Positions 27,924 through 36,583 of a stretch of 64,000 nt of DNA are shown one piece after another. A program made the position numbers and the translations under genes. Under the pieces are notes generated by a model. That model ran no database searches and was not told the origin of the DNA. It worked only from the letters and a program-made list of their open reading frames with translations. Every line of letters starts with the position of its first letter. Positions within the stretch are counted from its first letter, which is position 1. Origin of the DNA: an uncultured Sphingomonadales bacterium (GTDB lineage: Bacteria; Pseudomonadota; Alphaproteobacteria; Sphingomonadales; Govanellaceae); NCBI GenBank assembly GCA_964508185.1, contig CAZDSS010000002.1, forward strand, positions 6,674-70,673, in the 5' to 3' direction.

Positions 27924-29057
27924 TCATTTCCAGTTGGACTTGTCGCGCAGGTAGCGGGCTGCATCCTGCAGGTCCTCCGGCTGGTAATCGGCGAAGAGAT
28001 TGGGCGAGTAGCGCGGCACATAGCCGTTGAGCACGTCCATGTAGAGCGCGGGATGAAGCGTGGGCTGGCGATGCCGGGCGCGGAAGGCGCCGATGGGAAT
28101 GCGCGCGGTGACCAGCGTCTCGTTCGGCGACTTCGCGATCGCCATCGCCTCGCCGTCGGGACCATAGATGGCGGAGCCGCCCGCATTGCTGTCCTCGAAG
28201 AAGGGCGAGCCGGGCGAGATCGCCTGGTTGGCGACGGCCACATAGACGCCGTTGTAAAGCGCGGTCGCCGCCACATCGAGCGGGCTGAAGCCGCCCGTCG
28301 CCGTGCGCAGGATCACTTCCGCCCCCTTGATGGCCATGGCGCGGAACAGTTCGGGCTCCCGCTGCACGGAACTCATGGCGATGTTGCCGAGGGGCGTCTG
28401 CACCACGGGAATGACGGCGTCCTGCCCGTACATTTCCACGTAACGGTCGTAGACGTCGTAGATGGTGGTGGTGAAAAGCTCGATCTGGCCGCCGAACGCG
28501 CCCTTGATGTTCCGCGCCTTCCATTCGCGCGCGAGAATCTTGCCGTCGGGCCCGATCATGGTGGTGATCGACAGCACATGGCCGGGCCAGTCCTTGTCGC
28601 GGGCATAGGAGCCGAACACCAGATAGATGCCGCGCTCCCGCGCCTTCCTGGCGAGCGCCTCCGTCTCCTCGCCGGGGATCTCGATCGCGACCTTCAGGAT
28701 GTCCTTCCGCGTCCATCCCGCGCCGAAGCCGGTGATGGGGAATTCGTGGAAGAACAGCATGTCCGGCCCCATGCCGAAGCCGAATGCCGCGTCGATGAGG
28801 TTCAGCATATGCTGCAGATTGGCCTTGCGGCTCGCATCCACCCGGCCGAGATCGACGGGAATCGAGCGGGACTGGGCGACGCCCAGGGTCCACATTTCCT
28901 TGGCGAGCGGCACGGTCGGATATTTCCCGTCCGCCCCGATCTCCACAGCCTTGCCCGGCGTCGCCGCCCCGGCGATGGAGGGCGCAAGACCCAGGGCCGC
29001 CGTCAGGCCAAGCCCGCCGGCAGCGCCCAGAAGCCCGCGGCGCGTGAGGGCGCTCAT
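27924..29057 (-). CDS. Tat-signal-bearing carbon-nitrogen hydrolase (nitrilase superfamily) fold protein lacking the catalytic cysteine
   Basis: 377 aa. Twin-arginine signal MSALTRRGLLGAAGGLGLTAALGLAPSIAGAA. CN-hydrolase blocks FFHEFP, REWKARN, GNIAMSSVQREPELFRAMAIKGAEVIL and YNGVYVAVANQA...GGSAIYGPDGE. The translated protein contains no Cys residue. Confidence 0.8.
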   Translation of the reverse strand: MSALTRRGLLGAAGGLGLTAALGLAPSIAGAATPGKAVEIGADGKYPTVPLAKEMWTLGVAQSRSIPVDLGRVDASRKANLQHMLNLIDAAFGFGMGPDMLFFHEFPITGFGAGWTRKDILKVAIEIPGEETEALARKARERGIYLVFGSYARDKDWPGHVLSITTMIGPDGKILAREWKARNIKGAFGGQIELFTTTIYDVYDRYVEMYGQDAVIPVVQTPLGNIAMSSVQREPELFRAMAIKGAEVILRTATGGFSPLDVAATALYNGVYVAVANQAISPGSPFFEDSNAGGSAIYGPDGEAMAIAKSPNETLVTARIPIGAFRARHRQPTLHPALYMDVLNGYVPRYSPNLFADYQPEDLQDAARYLRDKSNWK

Positions 29058-29216
29058 TTCGCACCTCCGCGGCGTTCGACCCGGCGACCATGGGATTCGG
29101 CAACCGCCGCGCGGGCGACAGAACTGGAAATTCTCATCTGGGCTCCCCTTTGTGCTTGATATGATCGGGCGGAACCGTTCCGGCCCCGGTGCCTTCCCCG
29201 CGCTCCGCCCCGCCCC

Positions 29217-29259
29217 ACTTGTCTGGACAAATTTTCACGTTAATCGGGGGCTGTCAAGC
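29217..29259 (-). promoter_or_regulatory. Putative promoter plus operator for the CN-hydrolase/S/M/FAD-oxidase operon (operator copy 4, TTGTCTGGACAA at 29219-29230)
   Basis: Same architecture as 5578-5620: minus-strand TTGACA (29257-29252), a 17-nt spacer with TG, AAATTT, then the palindrome. 34/43 nt are identical to copy 1. Confidence 0.6.
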
Positions 29260-29408
29260 GGCTTCGGACTGTTTGCCGCACGCAGAAAGGGCGCAGCCCG
29301 GCACCGTCGCCATGCGTCAGGATCGCATGTCGGCGGCCCGGGCAGCGCCCTGGCGGATTGTCGTCGGATTGTGTCCGAGCCTCACTTGCGCGCTTGCTTC
29401 ATCGCGCC

Positions 29409-29933
29409 TCAGATGGCGCCGCGCGGCTTGAAGCTGTAGTAGCTCGGATCGTCATAGGCCTTCCAGTCGCGGGACACGCGCACCTCGTTGATGACCGTGC
29501 GCTGGAACAGGCGGCCCTTGCGGTACCAGTGCCAGGTGCGGTTCTTGGCCTCGCGGTCCTCGGCCACGGTGATCATCTCGTAATAGCGGAAGTCCGGCTC
29601 ATGGGCGCGGGTCCAGCCGACCATGATCGTGCGGTTGGTGGGATCGAGGCTCACCGAGCCCGTCCAGCCGTCGATGAGATCGTTCTTGATCCACACCCGG
29701 TCGCCCTTGAAGACGCCGTCGAAATACCGGATCTCCTGCGTGCCGTCGGCCCAGGTGTAGATGTTGGTCTGGGACAGGCGCGCTTCGCCGTCGGGGCCGT
29801 CGAACAGACGGCAGACGAGGCGCGACTTGTGCCGGTCGATGATGTTCTGGTCGGCGTCCAGATGGACATATTCGCCTTCCCAGACGCCCGCCTGGTCGGC
29901 AACGAGCGGCATCTTTTCGCTGATGATCTTCAT
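29409..29933 (-). CDS. Hypothetical protein, beta-rich, no signal peptide
   Basis: 174 aa from the ATG at 29933, preceded by GGAGGTG. The ORF-track start at 30041 has no RBS. I recognise no family. Confidence 0.65.
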   Translation of the reverse strand: MKIISEKMPLVADQAGVWEGEYVHLDADQNIIDRHKSRLVCRLFDGPDGEARLSQTNIYTWADGTQEIRYFDGVFKGDRVWIKNDLIDGWTGSVSLDPTNRTIMVGWTRAHEPDFRYYEMITVAEDREAKNRTWHWYRKGRLFQRTVINEVRVSRDWKAYDDPSYYSFKPRGAI

Positions 29934-30039
29934 GCTGAGCACCTCCGTTATCGTTTTCCGAAGATTGCCCAAGGAGGGGTGTTCTTGGCTAACAACTTTT
30001 TGTCTTTGTCTCCATCCATCGGTTGTATATAAGGATGCC

Positions 30040-30945
30040 ATGGAATCCCGTCACATCCGTCATTTCCTTGCGGCCTACGACGCCGGCACCTTCGCCGCCG
30101 CCGCCGAGCGCCTGGGCCTCAGCCAGCAGGCGGTGAGCAAGAGCATCCTTCGCCTTGAAAGCCAGCTCGGCGTGCGTCTCTTCGAGCGCGACGGGCGGCG
30201 CATCCGCCCCACCGAATATGCCGAGCTGTTCCTGCCCCATGCCCGCACCATGGCGGCGGAGGCGGAGCGATTCCGCGCCGGCCTCGATGACATGCTGGGC
30301 GGGCGGCGCGGCCTGGTGCGTGTGGGCGTGGGGCCGAGCGCCGCGGCCCACATGGTGGCCGCCGCCGCCGACCATCTGGTGCGCGAACGGCCGGGGCTTC
30401 GCATGCAGGTGCTGGCCGGGATCTACGAGGACATGATCGAGGATCTGGTGTGCGGCAAGCTCGACCTGTTCGTCGCCGTGCGCCTCGTGGAGCGGCGCTC
30501 CCCCCTGATCCGGGAAGAAAAGCTCTGCGACATCGATTATGTGGTGGTGGCGGGGCCGGACCATCCGCTGGCCGATCTCGAGGACATCACCCTTGAACGG
30601 CTTGTCCAGGAGCGCTGGATATCCGGCGCCAATCTCGGCGTCATCGAGGAAGCGATCGAGAACAGCTTCGCCGCCGAGGGTCTCGCCCTCCCCCGGCCGG
30701 AGATCGAGACCACGTCCCTGCTTTTCACCCTCGCCATGCTCGACCGCGGGCGGCATCTCAGCATCCTGCCCGAAATGCTGGTGAGCCACGAAATCGCTTC
30801 CGGCCGCCTCGTGAAGCTCAGGCTGCGCGCCGCGCCCTGGCGGCGGCCGCTGATCGTGGCGACGCGCGCGCGGGGCGTGAAATCTCCCCTCGTCGAGATG
30901 CTGATCGCGCAGTTCAGAAATCATCTCGCAACGGCACAAGGATAA
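30040..30945 (+). CDS. LysR-family transcriptional regulator
   Basis: 301 aa. N-terminal HTH MESRHIRHFLAAYDAGTFAAAAERLGLSQQAVSKSILRLESQLGVRLFER. Divergent from 29409-29933. Confidence 0.9.
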   Translation: MESRHIRHFLAAYDAGTFAAAAERLGLSQQAVSKSILRLESQLGVRLFERDGRRIRPTEYAELFLPHARTMAAEAERFRAGLDDMLGGRRGLVRVGVGPSAAAHMVAAAADHLVRERPGLRMQVLAGIYEDMIEDLVCGKLDLFVAVRLVERRSPLIREEKLCDIDYVVVAGPDHPLADLEDITLERLVQERWISGANLGVIEEAIENSFAAEGLALPRPEIETTSLLFTLAMLDRGRHLSILPEMLVSHEIASGRLVKLRLRAAPWRRPLIVATRARGVKSPLVEMLIAQFRNHLATAQG

Positions 30946-31151
30946 GAGCCGGAGCGAAAGCGTCGGAAATACTTACATGTCCGGCCTCACCACCCGGCCA
31001 AGGGACTGGCAGGGCTTGGCGTTCGGATTCGGCATGAAAATTGCGTTAAAGTGGGCGCCCATGAATTCACCTTTTGCCAGGCGGCCGGCAGAGCCGGTGA
31101 CGTCCTTCGGTGGATTTCCGCGGCCTGCCTGTCGCCCGATGGAGACAGGAC

Positions 31152-31739
31152 ATGTTTCGTATCGTTGTTTATGCGCTCGCCGCCCTCGCGGCGGGATCGC
31201 TCGGCGGCACGCAGGCCGCGCCCATCACATTCACGGCAAGCCTCAGTGGCGATGCCGAGAATCCGCCGATTGTGTCACCGGGCACCGGCTCCGCCACCGT
31301 CATCTTTGATCCCGACGCCCACAGCATGAGCGTCAATGTCAGCTTCGACAATCTGACGGGAATGACCACCGTAGCCCATATCCACGGCCCCGTGACGGAG
31401 CCCGGCGGCAACGCTGGCGTGGCAACCCAGGTGCCGAGCTTCGTCGATTTTCCGGCGAACGTGACGAGCGGCAGCTACACCCGCGACTTCGACACCCTGG
31501 ACCCTGCCACCTACAACCCCGCCTTCGTCACCGCCAATGGCGGCAGCGTGGAAGAAGCGGAAGCGGCGTTTTTCGCCATGCTGCTGGCGGGCAGTGCCTA
31601 TCTCAACATCCACACCACGAATTTCCCGGCGGGCGAGATTCGCGGTTTCCTCATCGCACAGACGGTCGCGGCGCCGCCTGCCGGCTTCATTCTCGCCGCG
31701 GGCGCCCTGTTGCTCACCGGGATGCGGCGGCGGGCGTGA
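31152..31739 (+). CDS. CHRD-domain protein with signal peptide and PEP-CTERM/VPLPA-CTERM-like C-terminal anchor
   Basis: 195 aa from the ATG at 31152 (GGAGA upstream). Signal peptide MFRIVVYALAALAAGSLGGTQA. CHRD-like blocks LSGDAENPP...GTGSATV, HIHGP and YLNIHT..FP.GEIRG. The C-terminus is AAPPAGFILAAGALLLTGMRRRA. Confidence 0.75.
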   Translation: MFRIVVYALAALAAGSLGGTQAAPITFTASLSGDAENPPIVSPGTGSATVIFDPDAHSMSVNVSFDNLTGMTTVAHIHGPVTEPGGNAGVATQVPSFVDFPANVTSGSYTRDFDTLDPATYNPAFVTANGGSVEEAEAAFFAMLLAGSAYLNIHTTNFPAGEIRGFLIAQTVAAPPAGFILAAGALLLTGMRRRA

Positions 31740-31745
31740 AGGGTT

Positions 31746-33212
31746 TTATTGCCACTTCCAGCGGCTGCGGGTTTCAAGATACTGGTCGAGGCCCGTCTTC
31801 TTCAGGATGTCGCCCAAGGCCCATTCCGCCTCGCCGAGCACTTCGGCAAGCTTCACGGACCGGTGGCGGCCGTCGGATATCAGAAGCTCGCCGTCCACGT
31901 AGACTTCGCGCACCGCCCAGGGATCGTTGGAATAGACGAGGTTGGAGAGCGCCGTCTGCCACGGCGCGATGGGCAGGCGGCTTGCGTCGATGACGATGAC
32001 GTCGGCGCGCTTGCCCGTTTCCAGGGACCCGATCTCGTCTTCCATGTGAAGCGCCGCGGCGCCGCCGCGGGTCATGAGCTCGAGCGCAAGCTCCGCCCCG
32101 CCGAAGGACGCCCGTTCCAGCCGCTGCTTCTGGAACAGCATGGCCATCTTCATGGTCTCCCACACGTTCTGGCTGTTGTTGGTGGAAGCACCATCGACGC
32201 CAAGGCCGACGCGCACGCCCTTGTCGAGAAGCTCCGCAAGCCGCGCGACCCCCGCCGCGTAATAGGCGTTTGCCACGGGATTGTGGGAGATCCCCGTCTG
32301 CCGTTCGGCAAGGCAGGCGATCTCGTCGTCATCAAGCCAGATGGTATGGGCGAGAAGCGTCTTTGGCCCCAGCACGCCGAGGCGCTCGAGCTCCGAGACG
32401 CTGCCATGGCCGAAGCGGGCGCGGCTTTCGTCCCGCTCGTCCTGGGAGCTTGCCACATGCATGGTGAAATGGCTGCCCGTGCGCACCGCCAGGGCATGCA
32501 TGGCCTGGATCATCTCCGGCGTGCAGCGGAGAACGCCGAGCGCTTCCGGCACCACCGACAGGCGGTCGGAATTGTAATCCCTCTGCAAGCGCAGAAGCTC
32601 GTCCGTCGCCTGTTCCGGGGTTTCGCGGAAGGCCTCGGGGATGAACTGGGCCGGGCTGCTGTCGTCGGCGCTGTCCATGACGATGCGCGACACGACGGCG
32701 CGCATGCCGAGGGTCTGCAGCGCCGTCATCACGCCGTCCATGGATTCCCGGCGCGGCGTGCAGATCTCGCCGCTCGCCGTGGTGGTGACGCCCGTGGACA
32801 GCAGCTCGAGGCCGGACAGGAAGGTCCCCGCCGCCGCCGCGCGCGCGCTCATGCTGTCGAGGACCGGCCACATGCCCTTGGCGAACCACACTTCGAGCGG
32901 CATCTCGTCATAGATGCCGCGCAGGACGCCGTTCCCGAGATGGGTATGGCAGTTGACGAGGCCCGGCATGATGATGTGGCGCTCGAACGAACGGCGGGTC
33001 ACGTTGGGGGGAACGCTCCCCAGTTCCGACATGGGCCCCACACGGTGGATGCGCCCGTCCTTCAGCCACACGAAACCCCTGGCGAACGCCCGGCGCTCGT
33101 CGTCCATGGTAATGACCACGGCATCGGTCAGGATCACTTCCGGTCCCTTGGGGGTGATCCGGTCGCTGCCCGGCCTTGCGGCCCGTGCCGCATCCTCTTG
33201 CCTGCCTGTCAT
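31746..33212 (-). CDS. Amidohydrolase (TRZ/ATZ / SsnA-like metal-dependent hydrolase or deaminase)
   Basis: 488 aa. Motifs PGLVNCHTHLGN and later H/D ligands (HVAS, HTIWL, VGLGVDG). Confidence 0.85.
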   Translation of the reverse strand: MTGRQEDAARAARPGSDRITPKGPEVILTDAVVITMDDERRAFARGFVWLKDGRIHRVGPMSELGSVPPNVTRRSFERHIIMPGLVNCHTHLGNGVLRGIYDEMPLEVWFAKGMWPVLDSMSARAAAAGTFLSGLELLSTGVTTTASGEICTPRRESMDGVMTALQTLGMRAVVSRIVMDSADDSSPAQFIPEAFRETPEQATDELLRLQRDYNSDRLSVVPEALGVLRCTPEMIQAMHALAVRTGSHFTMHVASSQDERDESRARFGHGSVSELERLGVLGPKTLLAHTIWLDDDEIACLAERQTGISHNPVANAYYAAGVARLAELLDKGVRVGLGVDGASTNNSQNVWETMKMAMLFQKQRLERASFGGAELALELMTRGGAAALHMEDEIGSLETGKRADVIVIDASRLPIAPWQTALSNLVYSNDPWAVREVYVDGELLISDGRHRSVKLAEVLGEAEWALGDILKKTGLDQYLETRSRWKWQ

Positions 33213-33322
33213 GTACTACTCCCTGGAAACGCGGACGGCACCGGACGCGGCCGGCGCCATGCCGTTCTTGGATCCACTATCTGAAATTCCCCGGTCATTC
33301 GGCCACCAACTTCCCGTCTTTT

Positions 33323-34612
33323 TCAGCAACCATCCGTCACGGCGCGCGTCAGGCGGCGGAAGGCCGGATAGGCGCCCGCAAGGAGCAGGAAGGATCCCGC
33401 GGCCGATCCCGCGAAGGTCGCGGACAGCGCAAGATCGATGGCCGAGCCGCCGGGCCAGAAATCGTTGAGCGAGCCCACCGCGAGCGGCCCGAAGGTCGCC
33501 GAGACGAGCCCGACGAGGGCGGTATAAAGGGCCGTCATGCGGCCGCGGAGCTCGTTCGGCGTGATGTCGGCGATGGCGGCGAGCACCGCGACCGCGGGAT
33601 AATTGGCGAAGACGCCGGACAGCGCGAACAGCGCCATGCACCATTTCCCGTCCGGCATCAGGGGCGCGAGCGCGCCGGGCACGAGACAGGCGAGCGAGCC
33701 CCAGAGGCATACGAGCCAGGACGCATGGGCGAAGCCGCGGCGGGTGAGCCAGTCGGTGACCCAGCCGACGGAGACGGAGCCGAAGACGCCGACCACGCCC
33801 GCAATCGCGCCGAAGACCAGCGCCACGTCCTGCGCCGCCCAGGCGTATTTGCGCATGAACAGGGCGGGCATGAAGGCAAGCTGACCGTACATGGCGGCGA
33901 AAGCGAAGGCGACGCCGCCGAAGAGCGCGGCGAAGACCCAGCCGCGGCGGAGAACGAAACGCACCGCCGCCCCGTGGGACACCGGCTCCTCGCTCAGTTC
34001 CTGCCGCACCGGCTCGCGAAAGCCCATGAGCAGGATGGGGATCAGAAGCCCGAGCCCGCCGAGCAGCATCATCGCCGCCTGCCAGTCGGCCACACCGAGA
34101 GGGCCTGCCATCAGGCTGCCGACGGCGACCGCCGCCGCCGCCGCGAAATAGGCGCCCGAGGTACCAAGGGCCGTGCCCGCGACGAAGACGCCGTAGCCCG
34201 TCGCCCGCCGCTCTGGCGGGAACATGTCGGCGATGAGTGACGTGGATCCCGGCTGCACGATGGATTGCGCCGCGCCGGTAACGATGCGGCCGACCACGAT
34301 GCTCATGTAAGAAAAGACGCCGAAGGCCGTGCCCGCGCTCCAGATCAGGGCGCAGACCGCAATGAGGCGCAGGCGATGGAAACGGTCCACGAGCCAGCCC
34401 ATGAACGGCGCAGAGAGGGTATAGGGTATGGCGAAGCACGCCCCGGTGATGAGCCCGATCGCCGTGTCGCTGAGGGCGAGATCGGCGCGCATGGGCTCCA
34501 CGAAAAGGCTGATGCCGATCCGGTGCAGGAAGCCGATGGCATAGGCGAAGGTGAGCGCAAGCGTCATGCCCCAGGCCGCGCGCGTCGATGGCCATTGTGT
34601 CGCCGGGATCAT
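33323..34612 (-). CDS. MFS transporter
   Basis: 429 aa, about 12 TM segments. MFS loop motif MGWLVDRFHRLR. Confidence 0.85.
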   Translation of the reverse strand: MIPATQWPSTRAAWGMTLALTFAYAIGFLHRIGISLFVEPMRADLALSDTAIGLITGACFAIPYTLSAPFMGWLVDRFHRLRLIAVCALIWSAGTAFGVFSYMSIVVGRIVTGAAQSIVQPGSTSLIADMFPPERRATGYGVFVAGTALGTSGAYFAAAAAVAVGSLMAGPLGVADWQAAMMLLGGLGLLIPILLMGFREPVRQELSEEPVSHGAAVRFVLRRGWVFAALFGGVAFAFAAMYGQLAFMPALFMRKYAWAAQDVALVFGAIAGVVGVFGSVSVGWVTDWLTRRGFAHASWLVCLWGSLACLVPGALAPLMPDGKWCMALFALSGVFANYPAVAVLAAIADITPNELRGRMTALYTALVGLVSATFGPLAVGSLNDFWPGGSAIDLALSATFAGSAAGSFLLLAGAYPAFRRLTRAVTDGC

Positions 34613-35919
34613 GCACTCAACTCCTGCACCACAAGAGGCCGCCCCACCCGGCGGAGCACCAGAAGGCCCGCAATGAGCAGCAGGGCGGCGACGCCGAAGA
34701 CGCCAAAGCGCTGCTCCCCCGTGATCACGGTGGAGAGCGCCACAAAAAGCGGCGCCATGAAGGATGACGCCCGCCCGATCATCACGTAAAGCCCGAAGGC
34801 TTCGCCGAGGGCGTCGGGATCGGCGAGAGAGACGAGAAGCGACCGGCTCGCCGCCATGATGACGCCGAGCATGCCGCAGGCGGCGACCGCCAGGGCGAGA
34901 TAGGCGTAGTCGGCGGGCCCCGTGAAGCCCCCGCCAGCGCCGCGCGCCGTCGCGATCACCAGCGCAAGCGCCCCCGTGATGGCGAGCAGGCCGGAAAGCG
35001 CCAGCACCAGCGTGCGGCGCGTGCCGAACAGCCCTTCAAGCCGCCCGGCGACGAGCCCTGCCGCAGCGCCGGCGATGAGGCCGAGGAAACCGAACACCGT
35101 CACCTCCGCCGTGCCCCAGCCGAGACGAGTCGCGGCGACGATGGAGATGAATGAGAAAAGGCACATGGTGCCGTCCCAGTAGAGCATGCGCGCAAGCAGA
35201 AAGGTGCGAAGGCCCTTCTGCGCCATGAACCGGGACCAGAGGCCCGAGAGCTCGCGAAAGCCCCGGGCAACCGCCGCGCCGAGCGACGCCTCGCTCCGCG
35301 CCGCGGGCTGCGGGCAGAACAGAAGGCACGGCAGAATGAAAAGGACGAGCCACAAGCCGCTTCCTGCGGAAAGCGCCCGCGCCGCCACATCATCCCCCAC
35401 CCCCGCCGCCGTCGCGCCGTAGCCGAGGCCGAGATAGAGAAGGCTCGCGACGAAGCCGAGCCCCACGCCAAGGCCGCTCAATTTTCCGGTCTCCGCCGCG
35501 GGCACAAGCCCGGGCAGCAGGCTGTCCGTATGTATGCGCGACCATTCGATCCCGAGCTGGGCGAGGCCGACGGACGCCAGCACCCACAGCACATGCCCCG
35601 GCGTGGCGGAGGCGAACCACAGGCTCAGAAGCGCCGCACAGGCAAGGGCGACGCTCATCACCAGCCACGGCCGCCGCGTGCCGGTGGCGTCCGCCAGCGC
35701 CCCGGCGACGGGCGCCGTCAGGATCAGGGTGAGGCTCGTCGCCGACAGGCCATAGCCCCACCAGGCGGTGCCGCGCACCGGGTCCGCGGCCACGACGCTC
35801 ACGAAGAAGGGCGGAAAGGCGAGCGACAGCACGAAGGAGAAGAACGGCTCCCGCGCGAAGTCCGCAAGCGCCCAGGACAGGCGGGCGCGGCCCGCTTTCT
35901 CAGACAAACTTGGCCACAC
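34609..35919 (-). CDS. MFS transporter, UMF1/Atg22-like subfamily
   Basis: 436 aa. N-terminus SWALADFAREPFFSFV is typical of UMF1-type MFS. The GTG at 35919 is taken from the ORF track; the TTG at 35907 is an alternative. It overlaps the upstream membrane gene. Confidence 0.78.
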   Translation of the reverse strand: MWPSLSEKAGRARLSWALADFAREPFFSFVLSLAFPPFFVSVVAADPVRGTAWWGYGLSATSLTLILTAPVAGALADATGTRRPWLVMSVALACAALLSLWFASATPGHVLWVLASVGLAQLGIEWSRIHTDSLLPGLVPAAETGKLSGLGVGLGFVASLLYLGLGYGATAAGVGDDVAARALSAGSGLWLVLFILPCLLFCPQPAARSEASLGAAVARGFRELSGLWSRFMAQKGLRTFLLARMLYWDGTMCLFSFISIVAATRLGWGTAEVTVFGFLGLIAGAAAGLVAGRLEGLFGTRRTLVLALSGLLAITGALALVIATARGAGGGFTGPADYAYLALAVAACGMLGVIMAASRSLLVSLADPDALGEAFGLYVMIGRASSFMAPLFVALSTVITGEQRFGVFGVAALLLIAGLLVLRRVGRPLVVQELSA

Positions 35920-36583
35920 CGAGCACTACCATCACACCGGACAGGGACCACATGCCGAAGGCGATCCAGCGCGCCCGGGCGAGGGAATCCGTGAAGAGGG
36001 CGTCCACCTCGGGGCTTCGCCCCTCGGTCGCGAGGCGCCGGAAGCCTTCGGCCCAGGCGCGCATGATGTGACGCAGGATGAGGCCCACCACGATCATCAG
36101 GCCAAAGACCAGAATCTTCGCCGCGATGAAGGTATGCGGGATCGGGTCGTCGGTCGCGAGCGACCACAGGCCGATGCCGATGAGCACCGGCGCCATCGCC
36201 ATGCGGATCCGCGTGTCGATCAGGCGGATGCGGTCGCCAGCAGGCGAGCCCATCCTGCGGTAGCCGTTGATGTTGAGGACGAGCCAGGCGATGCCGAGGA
36301 TCCAGACCGCGATCATGAACGGCCCCGTGGGCGACCACAGGCCGTAGAAGGATGCAAGCTGCAGGCCCACGGGCAGAAGCAGGGTGAACGCCATGCGCGG
36401 CATCAGGTCGATGCGGAACGCCGCCTGCAGGAAGCGCCGCCGCTCGTCCATGGGCAATTCCGGATTGGCGACGTAGCGGGAGGTGACGAACACCCCCCAG
36501 TCCGCGCCGAGCCAGTAGGCGAACAGCAGCACATGCACGATCACGAAGACGGTATGGACGGTCATGGGTTGGCACCCCGTCAC
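35900..36583 (-). CDS. Polytopic membrane protein of unknown function (paralog family M, copy 3)
   Basis: 227 aa. Motifs H-VLLFAY-WLGAD and RIDLMPR. The GTG at 36583 overlaps the stop of the upstream family-S gene (GTGA). The ATG at 36565 is an alternative. Confidence 0.8.
   Translation of the reverse strand: MTGCQPMTVHTVFVIVHVLLFAYWLGADWGVFVTSRYVANPELPMDERRRFLQAAFRIDLMPRMAFTLLLPVGLQLASFYGLWSPTGPFMIAVWILGIAWLVLNINGYRRMGSPAGDRIRLIDTRIRMAMAPVLIGIGLWSLATDDPIPHTFIAAKILVFGLMIVVGLILRHIMRAWAEGFRRLATEGRSPEVDALFTDSLARARWIAFGMWSLSGVMVVLGVAKFV

Noticed and set aside
29998-30011. Direct repeat TTGTCTTTGTCT (two operator half-sites) in the divergent region between 29409-29933 and the LysR gene
   Set aside because: The repeat is direct, not inverted. 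It lacks the GACAA arm and the AAATT flank. That is insufficient to call it a sixth operator copy.
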